NCBI GenBank assembly: GCA_963772365.1
Contig: CAVYXA010000001.1
Coordinates: 128,001 to 192,000, forward strand
Reading direction: 5' to 3'
Length of the DNA: 64,000 nucleotides
Source of the DNA: an uncultured Verrucomicrobiae bacterium
GTDB lineage: Bacteria; Verrucomicrobiota; Verrucomicrobiia; Chthoniobacterales; UBA10450
Shown here: one piece after another, positions 1-8,713 of the stretch
Layout of the letters: each line of letters starts with the position of its first letter
How positions within the stretch are numbered: position 1 is the stretch's first letter
The notes under the pieces: generated by a model
Seen by the model: the letters and a program-made list of their open reading frames with translations, nothing else
What the model was told of the DNA's origin: nothing
The model's database searches: none
Made by a program: the position numbers and the translations under genes

Positions 1-488
1 GACTCGACAAGCTGCGCAAAGAGACCTCTGCTCTGGATAGGGCCGCGACACCGCTCATCGCCGTCGTCAACGCACGTGGCTATTGGGTGAATCTGCTGGA
101 TGATCTCAATTCGCGTCTGCCGCCTGAAGATATCTGGATCACCGAGCTCATTCCGCTATCGGCTGGCAAAGCGGCGGTGGGCGTGGATGAAAAACGGCGC
201 GCCGGAATATCGGCAGCTATCGGCGTGCGCCCCGCAACATCGACAACCAAAGCAGGCACAAGCAAGGCCACGATTGACGCCGTTCTGGTGCGCGGCCTTT
301 ACATGTACAACCCGAAGCAGGAACAACTCGTTACCGAGTTTTTCCAGAAACTGACCGGCTCGCCCTATTTTTCCGTCCGCCCGGGCGATCAAGCCCGGGT
401 GATCAAATCCACAATACCAACCAATACCGAGTGGGCGTATCCCTACGAGCTCCATCTCGATTTGCATACACCATTGCCGCTCCCGTGA
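1..488 (+). CDS. C-terminal part of PilM/PilN-like pilus assembly protein (Amuc_1101-like), 5'-truncated by the window
   Basis: Reading frame enters from the window edge; 'LLDDLNSRLPPEDIWITEL' resembles PilN; stop TGA overlaps the next GTG (GTGA at 485-488); first of four co-directional genes ending in a secretin. Confidence 0.6.
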   Translation, partial: LDKLRKETSALDRAATPLIAVVNARGYWVNLLDDLNSRLPPEDIWITELIPLSAGKAAVGVDEKRRAGISAAIGVRPATSTTKAGTSKATIDAVLVRGLYMYNPKQEQLVTEFFQKLTGSPYFSVRPGDQARVIKSTIPTNTEWAYPYELHLDLHTPLPLP

Positions 489-1339
489 ATTGGTTTCGAA
501 ATAATCCCTGGCTCGGCAGATTTTTCGTCGTGTTCGGTCTCGCGACCTTGCTCGCGGTGATGTTTTTGTGGAGCGCGCACAGCGGATTTGTTGAAGCCAA
601 CGCCGGACTAACAGAATCGCTGGATGAGTACGGGCGCCTGGAGCGTCTCAACCCGTTCCCCAGCGAAAGCAATTTCGAGAAAATGAAAGTTCACCTCACT
701 AATTACCAGGCCATGCTCGAACAGATGAAAGGCAGATTGAGCAGACTCATGCTGCCGTTACCGAGGATGGCTCCGAATGAATTTCAAGCCCGGCTGCGTG
801 AGGTGACATTGGTTGCGGCGGAACGAGCGCGAGCGAACCGGGTAAAATTACCGGACAATTTTCATCTCGGCTTCGATGAATACGCCGTGCGGCTGCCTGA
901 GAGCGACGCCGCACCGCTGCTTGGGCAGGAGCTTTCCCAAATCGCGTTGCTGATGGACTACCTGATCGGCGCGCGAATCGATGCCTTGACCAGCTTGCGC
1001 CGGATGCAGTTGCCCGAAGGAACGGGAGCGCCCGCCGCCACACCGTCACCGACTCAGGGTCAGACCTTAAGCGCGGACGAAAATATCGATCGCAACATTG
1101 TCGATCTTACATTCGTGGCCGCCCCGAACGCTGCCCGCAAAGTGTTGAATGAGATCGCCAGCTCGAGCCAGCAGTTTTACATCATCCGCGCCTTGTATGT
1201 GCGCAACCAGCAGGATAAAGGACCGCCGCGGGAGGAGATCGCAAAGCCGCAGAGCCACGGATCAGCGCTTCATTTCATCGTGGGCGATGAGCACGTCGAA
1301 GTTTCCGCACGCATCGAAATGCTGCGGTTCAGGTTTTAG
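485..1339 (+). CDS. Amuc_1100-like pilus-associated protein (PilO position)
   Basis: GTG start coupled to upstream stop; one N-terminal TM helix, coiled region, 'NFHLGFDEY', C-terminal 'FIVGDEHVEVSARIEMLRF'; synteny. Confidence 0.65.
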   Translation: MNWFRNNPWLGRFFVVFGLATLLAVMFLWSAHSGFVEANAGLTESLDEYGRLERLNPFPSESNFEKMKVHLTNYQAMLEQMKGRLSRLMLPLPRMAPNEFQARLREVTLVAAERARANRVKLPDNFHLGFDEYAVRLPESDAAPLLGQELSQIALLMDYLIGARIDALTSLRRMQLPEGTGAPAATPSPTQGQTLSADENIDRNIVDLTFVAAPNAARKVLNEIASSSQQFYIIRALYVRNQQDKGPPREEIAKPQSHGSALHFIVGDEHVEVSARIEMLRFRF

Positions 1340-1341
1340 CG

Positions 1342-2304
1342 ATGGACCGGATCAAAGCATATTACGAACGGATCATCCTGATCGCGGCGGCGCTGTTTTT
1401 GTTTCTGAGCTCGCTTTCCATCTGGCGACATGCGGCTTCCTTTGCCAGTGCAATTCGCGCCCGGCAAAACGCTGTCCCGCACCGGGCACCAGGTCCGCCG
1501 GGAAAATCGCGCGATTTGACACACGCTTCAGAGGAATTGAATCAGGCCGAGCAATGGGCGTTTCGCGGCCGCTCGGGTTTGTTTGTGCCGGAAAAACATT
1601 TCATCGGGTCGGAAGGCGTGCCGGTCACACTCAAGACGTCGGAGGTTCATCCTCCAGTGCCGAACGCGTGGCTCGAAACCTACAATCTTCCGATTGCCGA
1701 TGCTGATGTTCTGGATCAGGACCAGGATGGGGACGGGTTCAACAATCTTCAGGAATGGCAGGGCCAGACCAACCCGATCGAGAAAAATTCGCATCCTGAT
1801 TATCTGAGCGATCTGAAGGTGCGCTCAATCCGGGAAGAACCGTTCCAACTGCTTTTCTCGGCCTGGCTTAAAGGCGTGGAAGGCGTCGTTACTTTTCAGA
1901 TCAATACCATAGACTTTGCGCAACCGACGCAGTTTCTAAAGCTTGGCGATACGGTGGCGGGGACGCGGTTCAAGATCACGAAGTTTACTCCCAATTACAC
2001 CAAGAACCAATACGGCACGACGATCGACATATCGGAGTTAACGCTCGAGCAGGCCGATACAGGCCAGCAACTCACGTTGGTAAAGGAAAAGGTGGCCATG
2101 TCGCCGGAATCGGTAGTGACATTCGTTTACTCCTGGCCGGCCAGCCAACCCGCCCAGGATATCGAGGTCAGAAAAGACCAACAATTTTCATTGAAACCGG
2201 AAGAGCGGGTCAAGTATAAGCTTGTGGACGCCCAACCTACCAAGGCCCTTATCGTGAATACACGAACTCCCGATGAGCGGATCGAGATCGGCATTGCCCA
2301 ATGA
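1342..2304 (+). CDS. Amuc_1099-like pilus system protein with Asp-rich Ca-binding-type motif
   Basis: N-terminal TM; 'DQDQDGDGFNNLQEW..TNP' motif; lies between the Amuc_1100-like gene and the secretin. Confidence 0.6.
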   Translation: MDRIKAYYERIILIAAALFLFLSSLSIWRHAASFASAIRARQNAVPHRAPGPPGKSRDLTHASEELNQAEQWAFRGRSGLFVPEKHFIGSEGVPVTLKTSEVHPPVPNAWLETYNLPIADADVLDQDQDGDGFNNLQEWQGQTNPIEKNSHPDYLSDLKVRSIREEPFQLLFSAWLKGVEGVVTFQINTIDFAQPTQFLKLGDTVAGTRFKITKFTPNYTKNQYGTTIDISELTLEQADTGQQLTLVKEKVAMSPESVVTFVYSWPASQPAQDIEVRKDQQFSLKPEERVKYKLVDAQPTKALIVNTRTPDERIEIGIAQ

Positions 2305-2314
2305 CCCGATGCGT

Positions 2315-5167
2315 ATGAAAAATAGAACAGGCCAAAAATTGTCGCCGTTACCATTTCGGAATTCGGCATTCGAGATTCGGATTTTCCGGTGCACCATTTC
2401 CATCGCTTTGCTGTCGATCTTCTGCCTGACTGCCGCAGCGCAGGATGCCGAGCAAATTGCGCAACAGGAAGTGGCGCGTCGTCAGGCTTCTCTGGTCCAG
2501 GGCCAGGCGGCATTGACCCGGGCGAAGGTAGCCATGAGAGAGCGAAACTTCGCTGCTGCTCACGATGAATATCGTAACGCGCTCGCCCTTTTTCCTGATG
2601 CCGTCATTTCCGACGGCGCGCATCAGGAAGCGGTAGACGGATTTTGCGAGAGCGGAGTCAAACTGGCCGAGCAGCGCATCGCCGAAGGCCGGCAGGCGGA
2701 TGCGGAATCAATCCTGCGCGAGGTGATGGATAATCGTTATGCTCCGAGCTGTGGCGGGGCGGCTCAAATGCTGGCCCGAATGGGAAATGTCGGCTCATCA
2801 AAAGAGACAGCGGGCAGTTCCAGTTACGTGAGCACAACGACCAACACGATGGGCCCGCGATTTGCCGCCAAGGTCGAAGAGGTTAAGACATTACTGGCCG
2901 ACGCGCAGCGCTACTACGATGAGGGGCGATACGATCTGGCGTTTAAGAAATACGACCAGGTCCTCGCGCTTGATCCTTACAATACGGCAGCGCGAAAAGG
3001 CCAGGAGAAGATCGATCTCACCCGATATCAATACAATCAACAGGCTTACAACGAGACCCGGGCGCGTCAGCTCTGGCAGGTTGAAAAAGGATGGGAAGAA
3101 CCGGTCAAGCAATACGGCCCGGCGGCAGGTGAAATTTACGGTCATGTCAGCGGAAACATAAGCGACACAGCGCTGATCACGAGCAAACTGAATTCAATCA
3201 TCATTCCGAAGATCGAGTTTCGTGACGCCAGCATTCGGGAAGCGATCGACTTCGTCCGGCAACAGGCTGCGGCGAATGACGAAACACCGGATGGAAAGAA
3301 AGGTGTGAACATTGTGCTTCGACTCGTTCCGCTCGGCCAGGTAGCCCCTCCAGCCGGTCCGACTGAAGCAAGGACTCTACCTTCCACCGGGACTGTAACA
3401 GCTTCCGGCGGCCCAACAGAAACGGCACCGCCAATTACGGCTCGAGCTTCTGGAGCAGCGTCAGGCTCTCCGGCCCAAGCCAGGATTACACTGTCGTTAA
3501 CCGACATCCCACTTGGTGAAGCGCTGCGATACATTGCGAATCAGGCAGGACTTAAGGTTAAAATCGAACCCTACGCGGTCATGATTATTCCGATTAGCGA
3601 ACAGAGCACCGATCTGATTACGAAGAGATATCGTGTTCCTCCGGAATTCTTCGGTGGGCCACTCGACGTCGGCTATTATCTCTCTAATGGCCTCGGCGGT
3701 GGGGAGGGGGAAGATGCAACGGCGAAAGGGGCGCAGGCGGCGCCGGTAGCGACGAACGAAGTAGAAAAAAACGCAGCTACTTTCCAGAACGCGTCGTCAC
3801 TCGGGGCCGGCACAGCGGCTTCCAGTCGATCAACTTCGGTAGAGACGACGCTGACGACCCGACAGCGCCTCGTGAATGACCGTCAACTTGTCGGCCGCGC
3901 TGACGCCAAAACTTTCCTGCAAAGCATGGGCGTTAGCTTCGCGGCGCCTGGTTCTAGTGCGACTTTCTTCCCGCATACTGGGACACTGATCGTCCGCAAC
4001 ACAGTCGACAATCTCGATGTAGTCGACGCTTTGGTCGATCAGGCGAACACTTCCGCGCCTAAACAGGTCGAAATCGAATCCAAGTTTATCGAAATCACTC
4101 AGAATAATCTAAAGGAACTTGGCTTCGATTGGTTGCTCGGACCATTCAATATCGGTAATCACAAAGTTTTTGGCGGTGGCGGAACCATCGACAATGCTTC
4201 CATCGGAACGTTTCCCTTTGTCGATGCAAATGGGAACGTAGTGGCAGGGCCAGGCACATCAATCGGCCCGAACCCTAATAGAATTGGGAGCGGCGGTGGT
4301 CCTGTCACAGCGGGTAATCGCAGCGGCGGTTTTGCCATCAGCGCAAACGCGCTGGATGCCTTGCTCTTTCCTACCGGCAGCGGAGCGGCGCCCGGTATCT
4401 TCGGTCTGGCGGGCGTTTTTACCGATCCGCAGTTCCAAGTCGTTATCCGCGCTTTGAATCAGAAAAAAGGTATCGATCTTCTTTCGGCGCCGAAGGTCAC
4501 GACCAAGAGCGGACAACGAGCCATTATCGAAGTAGTCAGAGAATTTCGTTACCCGACGGACTTCACGCCTCCTCAGGTTCCTTCAATCAGCAGCAGCTCG
4601 TCTACGGTGTTGAACGGCGTGGTTCCAGTCGTGGTAACGCCTACTACACCCAGAGACTGGGAAACCCGAAACACGGGTGTGACCTTAGAGGTTGAGCCGG
4701 TGATTGCATCGGATGGTTCGACCATCGATCTAAACCTGATCCCACAGGTCACCGAATTCGAAGGTTTCATAAATTACGGTAGCCCGATTAACGCTATTGG
4801 TGTGAACACAACAATGAATATGATCACAAGGTCGGCCCCAATCACCCTGACTGAAAACGTGATCAATCAGCCGATTTTTAGCACGCGCAAGGTGACGACG
4901 AGTGTCGCGGTCGCCGATGGTCAGACTGTCGTTCTCGGAGGATTGATGCGCGAAGACGTGCAGAAGGTTGAGGATAAGACGCCGATCATCGGTGACATCC
5001 CATTAGTGGGGCGGCTTTTCCGCAGCAATATCGATCAACACGTCAAACGAAATCTGATTATCTTCGTGACCGCGAAAAAGGTGACGGCCTACGGTGAAGT
5101 TCCGGAAGACCAGGAAGAAGAGTTGATGCCGCCGGTTTTGCCGGAGCAGGCGATGTATAAGAAATAG
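2315..5167 (+). CDS. Secretin (Amuc_1098/PilQ/GspD-like) with N-terminal TPR-like region
   Basis: Secretin motifs 'KQVEIESKFIEI', 'LLSAPKVTTKSGQ', 'NTGVTLEVEP', 'DGQTVVLGGL', 'KTPIIGDIPLVGRLF'; exact start uncertain. Confidence 0.9.
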   Translation: MKNRTGQKLSPLPFRNSAFEIRIFRCTISIALLSIFCLTAAAQDAEQIAQQEVARRQASLVQGQAALTRAKVAMRERNFAAAHDEYRNALALFPDAVISDGAHQEAVDGFCESGVKLAEQRIAEGRQADAESILREVMDNRYAPSCGGAAQMLARMGNVGSSKETAGSSSYVSTTTNTMGPRFAAKVEEVKTLLADAQRYYDEGRYDLAFKKYDQVLALDPYNTAARKGQEKIDLTRYQYNQQAYNETRARQLWQVEKGWEEPVKQYGPAAGEIYGHVSGNISDTALITSKLNSIIIPKIEFRDASIREAIDFVRQQAAANDETPDGKKGVNIVLRLVPLGQVAPPAGPTEARTLPSTGTVTASGGPTETAPPITARASGAASGSPAQARITLSLTDIPLGEALRYIANQAGLKVKIEPYAVMIIPISEQSTDLITKRYRVPPEFFGGPLDVGYYLSNGLGGGEGEDATAKGAQAAPVATNEVEKNAATFQNASSLGAGTAASSRSTSVETTLTTRQRLVNDRQLVGRADAKTFLQSMGVSFAAPGSSATFFPHTGTLIVRNTVDNLDVVDALVDQANTSAPKQVEIESKFIEITQNNLKELGFDWLLGPFNIGNHKVFGGGGTIDNASIGTFPFVDANGNVVAGPGTSIGPNPNRIGSGGGPVTAGNRSGGFAISANALDALLFPTGSGAAPGIFGLAGVFTDPQFQVVIRALNQKKGIDLLSAPKVTTKSGQRAIIEVVREFRYPTDFTPPQVPSISSSSSTVLNGVVPVVVTPTTPRDWETRNTGVTLEVEPVIASDGSTIDLNLIPQVTEFEGFINYGSPINAIGVNTTMNMITRSAPITLTENVINQPIFSTRKVTTSVAVADGQTVVLGGLMREDVQKVEDKTPIIGDIPLVGRLFRSNIDQHVKRNLIIFVTAKKVTAYGEVPEDQEEELMPPVLPEQAMYKK

Positions 5168-5213
5168 CTTGCTTTGACGCGAGTTGTCGATGGCGTGTTA
5201 AGAGCGACAAGAG

Positions 5214-5816
5214 ATGAAGCTGCTCGGGTTCTCGATCTTATTTTTGGCGTCAGTGAGCCTGGCGGACGACTTCAAAACCAACAGGGGCAAAGAATACAAG
5301 GACGCAACTGTTACGCGGGTTGAGCCCGACGGAATAGTAGTGATGACCAGCTCGGGGATTTCCAAGCTGTACTTTGCCGAGCTCCCGCCAGACGTTCAGA
5401 CGCGCTACAATTATGATCACGCGAAAGCGACCGCCTTCGCCACGCAGCAAAAAGATGACTACGCCAAACAGCAGACCGCGGCCGAGGCTGCTCAAGCCGA
5501 ACAGGAAGTCGAGAAACAACAGAGACAGAAGCTTGCCGCCGAACAACAAGCGCAGATCGCAGCCCGCCAAGCGAAGCAGAACACAATCGATGCACTAACG
5601 TTTCGGTTCCAAAATCTTCAGAGACAAGAAGACGATTTACTGGAAAGGATAGCCGAAGCCGAGCGTGCCGAAAAAGCCGCCAGTCAAATCAGAAAGCGGA
5701 ACCGCAATTACACGGACCCGTTAGAACTGGACCTGCCCAGGCTTCGATCCCATCTCGACGACGTCCGCGACGACAAAAAGGATGTGAAACGAGAACTCGC
5801 GCGCGCAAAGCACTAG
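5214..5816 (+). CDS. Secreted hypothetical protein with coiled-coil C-terminus
   Basis: Signal peptide MKLLGFSILFLASVSLA; small beta domain followed by Q/A/E-rich helix. Confidence 0.7.
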   Translation: MKLLGFSILFLASVSLADDFKTNRGKEYKDATVTRVEPDGIVVMTSSGISKLYFAELPPDVQTRYNYDHAKATAFATQQKDDYAKQQTAAEAAQAEQEVEKQQRQKLAAEQQAQIAARQAKQNTIDALTFRFQNLQRQEDDLLERIAEAERAEKAASQIRKRNRNYTDPLELDLPRLRSHLDDVRDDKKDVKRELARAKH

Positions 5817-5820
5817 AAAA

Positions 5821-5890
5821 AAAACAGAAGGAAACGAAGATAACGACGGTTTGAATTTCAAATCTTTGTTTCCTTCGTTGCCTTTTGTTT
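5821..5890. terminator. Imperfect inverted repeat between convergent genes, possible terminator
   Basis: AAAACAGAAGGAAACGAAG ... CTTTGTTTCCTTCGTTGCCTTTTGTTT. Confidence 0.4.
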
Positions 5891-6034
5891 AGAGTCTTCT
5901 GTCGATGCGCCCCTAATCACGGGTGTCATGTCGAAGGAAGAAAAGGATCAGGCTAAGTATTGACACAATCACTTCCCTTGCGCTCCGGTTTGTCGCGGAC
6001 TAGCACCGCTCGAAACTAACCGCGAGTGCGTAGG

Positions 6035-7279
6035 TTAACGAATAACGGTCGGCGTGGGAGTTGGCTTCCTACGCGTCGGGATACGTTTTGATGACTTGGG
6101 AGGTGTCGAGGTTACATTGCGATGAGTAATTGTCCCCGTTGGCCGCCTTCGCGGGGGAGTTGGCGTTTTCCGAATGTGCGGAGTCGGTGTCGCTCGAACA
6201 CCAGGAATATGCGTGCTCGGCGGCGGAGTTGGCGTTTGCCGAGGTGGCGGGGTCTGTGTTCGCCGCGGCGGTGGTGTCGGTGAACGATGCACAACACAGT
6301 GCCTGTCCGCCGCGGCGCGCGAATCGTAACATTCGCCACCTCTCTGGCGACAATCGCTCACTGGAACGTGAACGACCTGGCCTTTGATGCAGCACCAACA
6401 TAAGTCTCCGCAATGCCTGAGCGCTGCTTCTCTGGATTCGAAGCATTGACCGCCTCGCTCTTTGCATGCTGCTACGTCGGTGCGGACGATGCGACCGTCG
6501 ACGCAACACCAGCAGAGATCTCGGCAATGCCTGAGCGCTTCTTCGCGCGTTCGATAACATTCGCCTTCGCGTTCGCGGCATTGCTCCACCGTCATCTCAA
6601 TGACGTGTCCATCGACGCAGCACCAACACTTACCCGGAGGAGGAGGGAAGGTCGGTGTCGGCGTCGGTGTGTTTGTCGGTGTGCCTGTCGGCGTCGGAGT
6701 GGGCGTAGGGCGATGAATCGGTGGCGGACACGGAAGTGGGAACCGCCAGCAGGGTGGATGCTCCGGCGGACACGGCGGATGATGACCCGGAGGGCCATGC
6801 CATTTATAGCAGCCGCACCCTTCTTCCCACCACCAGCCGCCGCCGTCTTGAATCCAAACCCATTGGCAACATTGATAGTGCCACTGCCCGCCGGCGACGG
6901 CGAGAGGTGTGAGCCTGAAGGCGTGTTTATCGCCATTCTTGGTGATGCCGTCGCCGATAATCACGCAGGAATCGCTGATGGTGCGGGCGATGGTCAGTTC
7001 TTTAAAATCGGTTTGGGATAGATCACACAGCGTGTTGAGATCATACATTTGGTCGTCAACAAAAAGGAACGCGTGATCGGAGTTGTCGGCAGTGGTAGAG
7101 GAACCGACAATCATGCCGGCGGCGTTGGTGCCGTTTCCGGCCACGCTGTTGGCAGTGCTGGTGTTGCCACCGAGAGTTCCTAAATCAGTGACGATGAAGA
7201 TTGGTTCGCCGCTCACACGAAGAAGAGTGCAGATGAGAACAGCGACGGCGGTGAAACAGAGCTTGATTTGTATATTCAT
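6035..7279 (-). CDS. Secreted protein: HAF-type repeat, three 38-aa six-Cys repeats, Pro/Thr/Arg-rich tail
   Basis: Signal peptide; 'TDLGTLGG..IVGSS..HAFLF..MYDLNTL'; CWCC repeats with 114-nt periodicity. Confidence 0.75.
   Translation of the reverse strand: MNIQIKLCFTAVAVLICTLLRVSGEPIFIVTDLGTLGGNTSTANSVAGNGTNAAGMIVGSSTTADNSDHAFLFVDDQMYDLNTLCDLSQTDFKELTIARTISDSCVIIGDGITKNGDKHAFRLTPLAVAGGQWHYQCCQWVWIQDGGGWWWEEGCGCYKWHGPPGHHPPCPPEHPPCWRFPLPCPPPIHRPTPTPTPTGTPTNTPTPTPTFPPPPGKCWCCVDGHVIEMTVEQCREREGECYRTREEALRHCRDLCWCCVDGRIVRTDVAACKERGGQCFESREAALRHCGDLCWCCIKGQVVHVPVSDCRQRGGECYDSRAAADRHCVVHRSPTPPPRRTQTPPPRQTPTPPPSTHIPGVRATPTPHIRKTPTPPRRRPTGTITHRNVTSTPPKSSKRIPTRRKPTPTPTVIR
6287..6628 (-). repeat. 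Three tandem 114-nt (38-aa) coding repeats CWCCxxG-x9-CxxRxGxC-x9-C
   Basis: Units begin at 6628, 6514 and 6400 on the minus strand. Confidence 0.9.
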
Positions 7280-7507
7280 GAGAGAGTGGTCGTTGCGGAA
7301 AACTCCGGTTTATCGAAAAAAGATTTTGGCGACAAGCCCTAATTCTGTCATTGCGGCGACGAGCGATGAGAGCTCGGTCGTTCCTATGAAACGCAGCGCG
7401 CTCCGGAAATTCTCTAATCGACGAACGATGCGCTTCCGCGCGTCTTAGAACATGCAGAAGCATGTCCCTCCAAGGGAACCCAGGATTTGAAATCTCGTAA
7501 CTGTGTT

Positions 7508-7888
7508 ATGCTTGAAACGACAATGATCCAGATCCTTTCAGGATTCCCGGACACAATTCTGGCTATCTCGGGAGAAGGTGAGGTCACGGTGGATGACTTC
7601 CGCTCGGTGGTCTGGCCTGCTCTTGAAGACAAGCTCAAAACGCATAAACAACTCAACCTTTATTATCAGCTCGGGCCGAAGTTTACCGGAATGAGTTTAG
7701 GTGGGATGTGGGAGGACGCGAAGCTTGATGTCGCTCATTGGAACATCTGGCGCCGCATCGCGATGATCTCCGATGTCCCGTGGATCGCGAAGGGAATGGG
7801 ACTGATCGTGCCCCTTTTCCATCATCGCGTCCGCTTTTTCGCTAATGCCGAGGCAGATGCCGCACGCGCCTGGCTGGAGTCAGCCTAA
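7508..7888 (+). CDS. STAS/SEC14 (SpoIIAA-like) domain protein
   Basis: 'AISGEGEVTVDDF', 'WEDAKL..WRRIAMISDVPW', 'ADAARAWL'; start may be the ATG at 7523. Confidence 0.8.
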   Translation: MLETTMIQILSGFPDTILAISGEGEVTVDDFRSVVWPALEDKLKTHKQLNLYYQLGPKFTGMSLGGMWEDAKLDVAHWNIWRRIAMISDVPWIAKGMGLIVPLFHHRVRFFANAEADAARAWLESA

Positions 7889-7891
7889 CAG

Positions 7892-8569
7892 ATGATCGAG
7901 CCGAGCGAAGAATCTCAGCGACCGAGACGCCTTGTCATTTGGATTGGTGTTGCGTTGATCATGGGCCTGGCGGGACTGCCCATCGCCAGCTGGCTCGCTC
8001 CAGGTGACTCGATGACGGCGCGCGTTGCGCGCGAACTAATTTGGTTTTTGATGGGAGGCGTCGCGATCGGTTACATCGTGGCGGTCGAGCGCCGTGGGCT
8101 GGCTTCGCTCGGCTTTCGGTCCCTCAGCGTAGGGACATTTGGATGGGGATTGGCTGCCAGCATCTGCATGTTGGGAACAGTCATATTCAGCTACGCAGTG
8201 CTCTTTCCTTTACTTGGACTCTCCATGAATCGGCAGGCGGTAGCATCGGTGACGCATGTTCCACTTTCGTTGCAAACGCTCACGATGATCCGCGCCGGCG
8301 TGGTGGAAGAAATCCTCTTCCGAGGTTACCTGCTCGAACGACTTGCTACAGTGACAGGCCGGAGGTCTGTCGGGGCGACCTTATCTGCCGCCTACTTCAT
8401 CGTCGTCCATATCGGAAGCTGGGGCTACGCACAGCTGATTGTCGTCACATTCGGCGCAGTCATTCTCACTGCTCTGTATCTTTTCCGGCGTGATCTGATT
8501 TGCAACATGTTCGCGCACAGCTTCACCGATTTCATCGGATTCATGCTCGCCCGCTTGCAGGGTGCGTAG
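7892..8569 (+). CDS. CPBP/Abi family intramembrane metalloprotease
   Basis: 'EEILFRGYL', 'FIVVH', 'AHSFTD' motifs; multiple TM helices. Confidence 0.85.
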   Translation: MIEPSEESQRPRRLVIWIGVALIMGLAGLPIASWLAPGDSMTARVARELIWFLMGGVAIGYIVAVERRGLASLGFRSLSVGTFGWGLAASICMLGTVIFSYAVLFPLLGLSMNRQAVASVTHVPLSLQTLTMIRAGVVEEILFRGYLLERLATVTGRRSVGATLSAAYFIVVHIGSWGYAQLIVVTFGAVILTALYLFRRDLICNMFAHSFTDFIGFMLARLQGA

Positions 8570-8713
8570 CAGTCCGCCGGAATTCTCTTCGTCGGCGGCA
8601 CAAGGTCGCTGGCTATCCTGGTGCCGGGATACAGTTATGTGCATCAAACAGTAAGCGAGATCGACGGGGACGACTTCGCTCGTCCTTGTTCCGTTCGCCA
8701 CGCTTATGGCACA

